DNA from: Paramecium tetraurelia
Lineage: Eukaryota
DNA: 64,000 bases
Direction: 5' to 3'
Assembly: GCA_000165425.1 (NCBI GenBank)
Contig: CT868529.1
Location: forward strand, 310,001 to 374,000
The notes under the pieces were generated by a model, which searched no databases, was not told the origin of the DNA, and saw only the letters and a list, made by a program, of their open reading frames with translations. Made by a program: the position numbers and the translations under genes. Every line of letters starts with the position of its first letter. Position 1 is the stretch's first letter. Shown here one piece after another: positions 54,498 to 64,000 of the stretch.

Positions 54498-56012
54498 ATG
54501 GAGAATTAATTAATTGCTTTGGTGGGTGATCCTGCTGTTGGGAAGACTTCTATTGTCAAATATTTAAAGGGTCTAGAATTTGAGGAGGATTATAGTCCAA
54601 CAGAATAGATAGAAAGCACAGATGTTACAATTCAAGATAATGAAACTATAACTATTTATGATACTCCAGGGAATACAGCAGAGAGAAAATAGGTCATTGA
54701 AATACTGAAGAGTGTCCAAATAGTGTTTGTATGTTTTGATGTTGAAAATATCGATTCATTTGATTCAACATTACAATGGTTGGATGACATCAAAAAATAA
54801 ATAAACAATTCGATGCAAGTTTGTCTTGTAGCTTGTAAAATTGATTCTGATAACAGACAAATATCTTAAGAGCAAGCATTTGAATTTATTAATGATTATC
54901 CAAATGTTGAATATTTGGAAATTAGTGTAAAGACGGGTGAAAATATGGATATGCTCATCGATGTAACTAAAATTCATTATTCATCAGAAAATACCAGTAA
55001 CAACACCTTAAGGGGAAGGAGACCTATAATAATCTTACAGAACTTAACAATCTAATAAATAATCTGAGAAACCTCCCCATAGTCCCGAAAGATAATCATA
55101 GACCTATAAGTCTTAAACAAGTTTATTGAATAAGGAGGAACCTCTTTGGAAGGTCTATGACTTTTTATTTCCAACTGGGAGAGTTGCTAAACTAGTAAAG
55201 ATATCAGATGTCAATGCTAAAAACCTATCCATCTAAGATATATTGTTTAAATTGCAATTAAACTAAAGTTACCCAGTTGTAAATCTAATTGGAGCAAAGG
55301 AAACAAATAAGGGTAAATTCTATGCAGGAATTGCAAGAGCTTGCTTTAATACGGTATTAAATAGTTCTAATTGAATTTAGGATGCAGTAATAGTGGACAG
55401 TGGAATTTCAACAGGAATTGAAAAATATGCGATTAGAAGAGGAGTCAAACTGATTGGAGTTGCTCCTGAACAAGAAGTCAAATATCCAAATTAAAATACT
55501 GGATTTATAGACCCTTTTGAAATTAGTAATGGACATACTCACATATTTCTTTTAAGTAATCTTTACTAATTGCTATATAGACAATAAAGAGAAAATGATG
55601 GTTTTTGGATTGGAAGGGGTTTTTAAAATTAATTTGTGTAAAAAGTAAAAATTTAATTATTAAAATTTAGATTGGCTGAAGGTAGATTGGCCAAAAATGG
55701 TTAAAGAGAAAGTTTGAAAGTTGTTCACATACTTTTAGGTGAATAGGAAGGATTTTTAAATGAATTACAATAGGCAGTTATGGCTAATCATCCAATCATA
55801 GTGATAAAGGGATCTCCTTTGTGCGATTAATACTTTTAAAATTATAATAATCCTCATGCAAATTATTCAAATGCAAGTAATTATGTTATCTTATATAAAT
55901 AGGTTTTGGATAATTAGTAAGAAAAGGACACTTTTATGGACTAAACAGTTTAGATTCAGAAGATATTGCCTAGTACGTCCATTTCTTTTTGACTGTGACT
56001 CCATATAATTGA
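54498..56012 (+). CDS. Ras/Rab-like GTPase fused to a SLOG (LSDAT/TRPM N-terminal-like) domain
   Basis: N-terminal GDPAVGKTS, YDTPG, CKID, EISVKTGEN. After the 25-nt intron 54963-54987 and a linker: PVVNLIGA, AVIVDSGISTG, LIGVAP, NGHTHIFL, PIIVIKGS. Confidence 0.85.
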
Positions 56013-56518
56013 TTAATTATTCTTATTGTCAATTAATGATACATATTTTGATGATTTAAAACTACTGATTCGTTTAGATTAAGCATCCTATGTTTATTGA
56101 AGAATCTAAAATAATTATTAATAAAAAAAGTTATAAAACTGATAGTATATGCTAAATAATGATTGAATCTCAATTCATAAAGAACATCTTTCCCCCATAA
56201 TCGATTACAAAATAATGTTAATTGAGTTAGTCTAGAATTAACAATTTAAGATAATATTAGAATAAAATTTCGAACTTAAATTTCTAGCTTTAGATAACTT
56301 AGTTTGAAAGAAAAGAATAAAAAGTTTGCAAAAAAAATAAAAGTATAAGTTGAATTAGCATTTGAAAAAAGATGAATAAGTTTGATTTATCATTTTTATA
56401 AAGATAATTCAGAAAATTCAATCTCATATTTATAAATGGAATATTTAAAATTAAATGCATAATGAAGTTAATTGATTGGAATACTTTTACAATGTTTTAC
56501 TTAGATAAATATATCATT

Positions 56519-57627
56519 TCAAATCTGCTTGATAAAAGTAAATTTTTAATCCGAAGGGTTAATTAAGTACTTCAAAACAGATTCTTCTGGCTTGAAGTTA
56601 TAATTAGACATAAAATTGAATCTGTTTGCAAAGATTTTAAAAATCTCCTTTATTTTAAAACTGCCACTTCCAATATCGTGATCAGGATCTTACGGACTTA
56701 TCAACGAAAACTTATCATCAGGAGTAGGTTTATTTGTTATACTTCCTCCATTTATCATCAAAATTCGCTTTCTTTGATAATCAAATTTCTAGCCATAGAA
56801 TTCTAAGAACCTTAATATATACTCTCCTAAAGTTATATTTTTCAATTGTTCTTATTTTTTATTCGCAAATGCCTCTTTTCTGATTTCTCTTAAGAAGGCT
56901 AAAATCATTTGAAAAAGTAAAAAGGAGCCGATTCCTCCACTATATGTTTCATTTAACTCGCGCTACTTCAACATACATTTTAAGATCATTATTAGATATT
57001 TGAATTCAGGGTAGATTGTAAATGCTTTTCGAATTTCATCAATTTATTTTAAGCCATCCATCTAATTAAATGATATATCAAATTGATATTGAGATTCAAC
57101 TTCAAAGAATTTTATAATTGGTACTTTTGCATTGGCAATTAAATTAACATTTTCAAACTTATCACTTTTCATCAAACTTTAGGCTACTTTTTTATACAAT
57201 TCTTTAGCAGACATACTTTTGTCTATCATCACAACATCAATATCTGCATTAGGCAAATAAAGTTTGGTTTTAAAACTACCAAATGCTTAGATATCAACTT
57301 CTGAAGCAAATTCCTTTATAAATGTTTCAACTCTCATGATTGCTTGTTCTCTTCTTCTATGTTCTTCAGATGTAGGAATGATGTAATCATAAAAATCAAT
57401 GATCTCATTGTGAAATCTAATTGTTGGATGTTTAATAGATGCTGTATTTTGACTAAGCCATGGAGTAATCTCGCCGTCAAATTAGTACTCATTTTACTTT
57501 ATTTATTTTTATCTATTTTGCAAATTCAATCTTACATATTAGGTTCGTCATCATCGATGGTTATTGCTTGATTTTTATTTTCAATATTCTTAATTCTCAG
57601 AGATATATTCTTATGTTTTTCTTACAT
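56519..57627 (-). CDS. Non-canonical poly(A) polymerase, TRF4/PAPD5-like
   Basis: LHNEIIDFY, AFGSFKTKLYLPNADIDVV, AKVPIIKF, DISFN, LNETYSGGIGSF, PQDPDHDIGSGSF. Confidence 0.92.
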
Positions 57628-57984
57628 ATTGAACCAAAAATTTATTTAATTTATATGTATATTTCTAAAAACAAAGCTTAAAGAAAAATATAAGAAGGAA
57701 TTCTTACTTTCAAGTTAACCACAACTACTTAAAAAGGTAATTTTGAAGAAGATTTAAAAAATGAATTTTTATATTATCACCCCTAAGAACAATGAACGCT
57801 TCTTTTAAAATAAATCACTTCTGTTATTCTGTATATTATCTATTCTTAGAGTCTCTCTAGTAGGTTTGAGGGTTGCCTATTTTAGTTTAGTTAATTTTGA
57901 TTTAAATTTAATTTTAAGTCAATAAGTGTATGTTAAATAACATTGATGCATAGATTAATTTATGTTATATATTGCAAATTTAAA

Positions 57985-58456
57985 TCAAAGAACTGAACCA
58001 GCAGCTGATGCTATCTTTGGCCATAAATCAGCGGCTTCCTTTCCAACTGGGCCTGTAATTGCAGATCCTTTCATTTCACCCTTTGGATTGATAATAACTC
58101 CAGCATTATCTAACAATTAGTTTCATAACTAACCTTCAAAGTAAATATAATATCCTTCTCGACGTCTGTATGGTTTTCTTTGTCTAACAACCACTGCTTA
58201 CATAACTAAGATTAAATATTCATTCATTACCCTTCTTTCTAAGTGCTGGTTTACCTTATTTGACTGAGCATAAAACCATATCACCAATAGAGGCAGAAGG
58301 CAATCTGCTTAAATGTCCCTTAATTCCAAAAGTTGAAATCACATAGATATTTTTTGCTCCTGAGTTATCAGCACAATTTAGAACAGCACCAACATTGCAT
58401 GCAAGTGTTATTCTCAATTTGATACCAACTTGACCTCCTCTTCCTCTCTTTGACAT
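57985..58456 (-). CDS. RPL23: 60S ribosomal protein L23 (uL14)
   Basis: [57 protein letters not shown]; two introns. Confidence 0.98.
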
Positions 58457-58678
58457 TGATAATTTTAATTAATTTTTAAAATAGATTTGTGAATATTTTA
58501 AGTCTTAACAACCCATTAATCAAAAGGGACTTAAACTTCGGAATATAATTATCATTGCATTCTTAGTTATCAATAACTTATACACATTAACACTTTAGTT
58601 CAAATAAACTAGCAAAAAGTTCTTAAATAAATAGTTAATCATTAAGATCTTATATATATATAGGTATTATTAATAAAT

Positions 58679-60565
58679 TCAGCCAAATTAAATTGCTATA
58701 CTACCAGGCATAGATCTGTGAATCATCACTTCATTTTCTTCAATCATCATACTCTTAAATTCTTATCCGAAGTAGGCATCCTTATTTTCATTAGTAAAAC
58801 AAGCTTTTTATCCTTCAAGTTTTGGTTCTTTAAATAAGCATATTCTCAATTAAGCAGAATTTGGGTATCTAATGTCTAACAAAGCAATCTATTAATTTAT
58901 ATATATATATGATTACTTCACACTTTCCCATAGATCCTAACAACTCAAATTATGCATTCATAAAATCCATTTGATTGCATATTACTGATGTGAAATAAAA
59001 CACTTCTCCTTCACAAGCATTCCATAATAGTACTACAACACATTTGGCTGTATCAGTTAAATAAATAGGATATTCAGCTGATGCAGACATTCCTTAATTT
59101 ATTAAGCATATCTCTGGCTTATCTAAGAATAAATAATCATTATGAAATGAGGCAATAACTATATCTTAATTTTTATCTCTTTTAAATTTACTAACTCCTA
59201 ATATAACAGTCTTATCACTGTGAAATTTAACTGAATTAGCTTAAACATCAGGTAAGTCCATTCCAATTTTTTATATTGGATTTTTATTCCCACAAATTTA
59301 TGTACTTGCACCACTCCAATCACAATCCTTGAGGAAATTCAAACAAACTTTCCTTTATTCAACCCATTAGCCTATTTCCCTTTTATTTGTTTCACATTTT
59401 CCATTCCTTTATCCCTATAATTACAATAAATTGCAATAGTCTGTTAAGGCCTTTCTATGTTAGTTAATGAAATACTTACTTTAAGTTTTATCCAATTTTT
59501 TAATATTCCTTGACTGATGATAATTATCCTTTTCCTTCCAAAACTAATTCGCTTAAGCTTTTTAATGTATATTTAATAGGCGTTGGTTCCAATTCTGTTT
59601 CTCTTAGCCAATCCTTAGGTGTATTTTCTGTGCTCTAAGGGCCAATTTCAATAGTGAAACTTTAAGTACTTAATTTTGATACATCACTATAGGCCTTGGC
59701 TTCTTGTTCCTTTGGTAGTATTTATTATCCTATCACACCTTTAAGAAGGGCAGATGTAATTGTAGCTGCTTATTTTAGATCAATTTCTTTAAACTTCTTT
59801 TAATCGAAATCATCAACTACTCCAGGTGGTAAAGTATATACAAAACCTACTTTTGATCCAAGTAATATATCAGTTGCATAATGTGTTCCAAAATTACTAA
59901 GAAATTCCAAATATTAAGGTGCTGAATATTCAACAGGGAGAGCAGATAATTGGTCAATAAAGCTTTGATGAAATTCTGCTAATTCAGGAACTTGTGTGAT
60001 TTAAGCTATTTAACAAGTAGCCATAGAAATAACAAATGTTGCAGATGTTTACTCTATTTTTTATTGCATATGATTGAATTCAGATGAAGCTGTGAATGCC
60101 CATGGAGTTATATCAATATTGGACACTAAATTTACTCTATATTGTTAGAGATACATACCCAACAAAAGAACTCATATAATTTTGAATTTACTCTGTATTC
60201 TTGATTACAAATGACTCAAAGTTGTATTTGCATCCTTTCTTTGTTATGACATTTAAATTGTCTGGAATTTTATGTCTTCCATCTGAAGTCACTTATTTTT
60301 TGCTATATGAATTCAGAAAGATGTTTCTCCCTGTAAATCCAGGATCCGAAGTTTCCCTCCAGGTTATAGGGTTTCCAAAAAATAAATTATATCCACTGAA
60401 AATGAAATCAATATTAGCAATCGCCTTAGGATCTGCTGCTTAAAAATTACCTCCATCATGTATTTCTTGCATTAACAAATGTTAGAGAGTTTTCTATTAC
60501 TTTTCATTTATTTCTAAGAATCCTCTTGTTAAAACAATAACAATAAGAAGTAATGCAATTCTCAT
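58679..60565 (-). CDS. Secreted MAC/perforin (MACPF) domain protein
   Basis: Signal peptide MRIALLLIVIVLTRG; GYNLFFGNP..DPGF; FTASSEF; YLEFLSNFGTHYATDILLGSK; Cys-containing C-terminal domain. Confidence 0.9.
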
Positions 60566-60599
60566 AAATAAAAACGTATTATAAATTAATAATATAATA

Positions 60600-61283
60600 A
60601 TGGATTTGATGGATAATTAGTTTTAGCAAAAATTTCAATAGTTGTTAAAGCTCAAAGAAATCTATTCTACTCGTAATGTTTTGCCTTAAAGATTACAGAG
60701 ATTGAAGCTAGTTGACATCAATTTTCAAATAAAATAAATACAATATAAACAACAAAATAAATTGAACTAAATAATCAACAGTTCTATTGTTTCTCAAAAT
60801 ATTCCGAAAAAGCAATCCACTGAAAGAAGCTTATCCAATTATACTAATCATCTTAATATTGCTGGCTAGTAAAACATTTGTGTAAGTTGTGAAAAATATA
60901 TTTTTGAAAAGAAAGTCACACTTAATTGCCAAAACAAATTTAATCATAATTACCATTCCACTTGTTTAGCTAATATAATGAAATAATAGTTGGCTAATTA
61001 GTGTATTAAATTCTAATGCTTGTGCAAAAGTTAAATCAACAATGGATAAATCTCTAGATAAAAAATATTAGAATTAGATGTTTACATAAACAGGTTAATG
61101 TTAAATTAGTTATATTACTTAAAAACCCATTACCAAAATATTAAATAATGTGCTAATAAGGATTGCGAATTTTTTTGGATCTATAAATAACAACAAAAAT
61201 AAATTAAATCGCGTTCTAACTCTCCTTTGAAGACATATAAAATTACCTATGTTAATTATTGTCCTGATTGTAGATTTTTATGA
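60600..61283 (+). CDS. RING finger plus IBR-like zinc-binding protein
   Basis: Intronless 227 aa: CVSC..LNC..HNYHSTCL..CLC, then CANKDC..YCPDC. Confidence 0.7.
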
Positions 61284-61896
61284 TTTCATGTAATTAATTT
61301 ATAATACTGAAATATTATTTTTTCAACAATTTTCAGCCATTATATATCTCCTTACCTTTTTTGAAAACATCTATTATTTAGTTATAGATTTATTTATTTT
61401 AAAAAAAAAATGACTGAGTAATATAATATTTAAATTTTGATTAACTTTAATATTTAACAATTAAATTGATGTATTATTTCAATATTTGCAGAATAATTAT
61501 GCATTTTTCTGTCATATTCTTTGAAATAAAGAAAAGATAGTTTTGCTTTGAAAAATCTATTCAATCAATTTGATTAATTTCAATAATTATTTTATTTTTT
61601 AGTGTTTTTGGGAAATTTCTATTTTTATAATTTAATTAAATAATATTAATTTTTATAATCACAATCAACATATTATTTATATTTTTATTTTGTATTTATT
61701 TAAGCTATAGAATTTTATTTGATAAATTTATGCAAACCAGAGCATTATATAAATACAAATTACTTATAAGGATATTAAGTAATTCTAATGATTGAAAAAC
61801 AAGATCACTTTTATATCACTCTATAGAATAGTAATAATATTAGATGTGCAATTATTTAAAATAATGTTATGAATTTATTGTATACTTTATATAATA

Positions 61897-63905
61897 TCAT
61901 TGATCTTCCAAGAACTTCTCTAGTTTTGGTGGACAGCACAAAGCAACTCCTTTTCCATTTTATTTTTCCATTTCTTCATCCATTACAAAGACAATCAATA
62001 TTGCATCACATGCAACTCCATAGATTGACATGAATAGTGATCCAACAACTAAACCTATGGCACCACATAAAAGTGAAGGTGCTTCTGGATAAGTTACATT
62101 ATATTTGAACTTTTCAGTTCTTGTTATCACAATATAACAAAATAGACCTGTTAACAAGGCAATAAAACCTCTTCCTAAAGCTATAAATATTTCTCCAAAT
62201 CCTCCCACTGTTGCAAATCTAAGTGGGTTTCTTGCAATCAAGAAAATTGCCTCTTTGGCTGAATGGAAGAAACCTTTGCCTGTCATATTACTAACGACAT
62301 AAGCATTTTTGTTTATATATTAGACACATTTCTCGAAACACCACATACAACACATCAAGCATTTAAATAAGTATTCAAAGAACTTGTTTTTCTTAATTAA
62401 TTCTTCTTGTTATTTATAAAGGAAGGCTAACCAAATTCTAATGAATTCAATGATGGCTAAAATTAATGATCCAAAAGCAACTGTTCCTAAATGATATCTA
62501 AAGAATCTTCCAATAGCAGTTGGCAAAGGAATAGGACCTCCTTCTTAAGCTCTTGGTCCTTATTAGAAATACCAAATGCAGACAGAACCAGCAATAATAA
62601 ATTCAACTGATGCTATGATAAATGAAGAGTTCCATAGTAAACCAAATAAGTGAATGTTGGCGAATATTTTTTAATTTTAAGTAAATGAAAACTATCCAAA
62701 AGGCAATTGTTTAGGTTTGCTTGTAGTTTCCCCAGAACTGTATAAATACAATGCAACAACGAACCAATAGATGAAATAAAGAAGCATGATGAAAAAGGTT
62801 ACAAATGGAAGGACAACAACTGTAAAATTGGCTTGAACATAATCGCAGGCTGTCTATTAAATAATATATATAAAATCTACCTCAAGTATGGCAATTGCAA
62901 GCCGAATTCTCGAATACATACAACACACAACAAGTAATATCAATCCTGCTAAAGAAAATAATGTAATTCCTATATATAGATAGTTTTTAGGATTAACGTT
63001 CTCTGCTTATGCTTGTTCTTAAAGAGTTTGGGCATCGATTTCAGCTTGAGCTGAAGCTGGCAATTTTGAAGGATCAGTCAATGCATAGTAGTACCCAGTG
63101 GTATAGATTCCTCCAGCTATTAACACACTGAATAACAATAAGAGCAGCGTCCATATCACGCATCCAGCCAATGTTTCAATAAGGAACAAAAATATGAATC
63201 CAAGTACTAAAGATATACCAATGGAACCGAAAATAAGCCATTTAGTTGTGATCATATCATTTGATACTTTTTCCATAGTTTCAACATCAATTTTATCTTT
63301 TACTGTTTCATAATATTATTTGGTGGTTGGTAAACACACAGTTTTCATAACTTAAATAAATTTTATTTATGTACATAATTCAGTATTGTAAATTACTACG
63401 ACCTCTTCTGGATTAGTACTCAACATATTTTATTTACAACTCTTAACAATGGAATTTGGTTAACACTTTAATTCACTTGGTAATTTTGAGTTTGTTTTGG
63501 CTTCTTCCAAATGAGATATTTTAGTATGTCTGGCTGATGGTGCAGGCTCACTCTCCTCTTCTACAGACTAGATTATAACAATTACATGGACATTCAGATA
63601 CGCAGGTTGTCACATAAAGATACTTTGGATTAGTTGGGTTAGCAAAATAAATGTAGGGATAATCAGCTACATCCTCATCAACTCCACACGCCCGATCTTA
63701 ATTATTATAAAATTTTACGATCTGGATCATAAGGTTAGGCAATTCTATGAGGATCTCCATTTTTGAAAGCGTAACCACTTATGAAAAACATACCGAAAGT
63801 AAAGACAATAAAAAGCAATAGGCAAAAAATATCAGTGCATTCTCTATCGACGACTGGTCCATTTCTTAATTTTGGATCTGTTCCTTCACCCTTTTCACTA
63901 GACAT
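61897..63905 (-). CDS. Choline transporter-like (CTL/SLC44) protein
   Basis: GPVVDRECTDIFCLLLF, GDPHRIA, RYHLGTVAFGSLILA, CMWCFEKCVQYINKNAY, GKGFFHSAKEA, DAILIVFVMDEE. Confidence 0.93.
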
Positions 63906-64000
63906 TAAATAATTATTGGCAAATAAAAAATATATTAATATCAAATGAGTTTTTGAAATACTAAGTAGATAATATACTTGAATCTAATTATATGTCTGAA

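Noticed and set aside
61284..61896. Very AT-rich gaps (also 51562-52354 and 56013-56518) as possible retained IESs or ncRNA genes
   Set aside because: TA boundaries are ubiquitous in such DNA and I saw no box motifs or convincing structure; it cannot be supported without a germline/somatic comparison.

Overview
AT-rich, very gene-dense ciliate macronuclear DNA, most likely Paramecium (aurelia-type). TAA/TAG read as Gln, TGA is the only stop, genes carry 21-28 nt GT..AG introns, and intergenic gaps are often under 60 nt. The supplied ORF track uses the standard code, so it fragments or misses almost every gene. I re-translated by eye with the ciliate code; exon boundaries are manual and approximate. 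About 33 genes are supported. Recognisable ones: two choline-transporter-like genes, Dpy-30, proteasome alpha6, fimbrin, an HPC2/UBN-like protein, a Rab, tRNA-Asn, PET191/COA5, a bZIP factor head-to-head with telomerase reverse transcriptase (TERT), YEATS/Yaf9, enolase, a TRF4-like poly(A) polymerase, RPL23, a MACPF protein and a RING/IBR protein. There is also a decayed cysteine-rich surface-protein pseudogene. The most unusual items are: a soluble small GTPase-SLOG (TRPM N-terminal-like) fusion; a ~9 kb anoctamin gene with a very long tail containing a degenerate kinase-like segment; a tandem pair of diverged SAPS/PP6R-like genes sharing an extra N-terminal domain and an intron position; a myristoylated PP2C pseudophosphatase; and two small SILK+RVxF candidate PP1 regulators. 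No CRISPR array, transposon or telomeric tract was seen.
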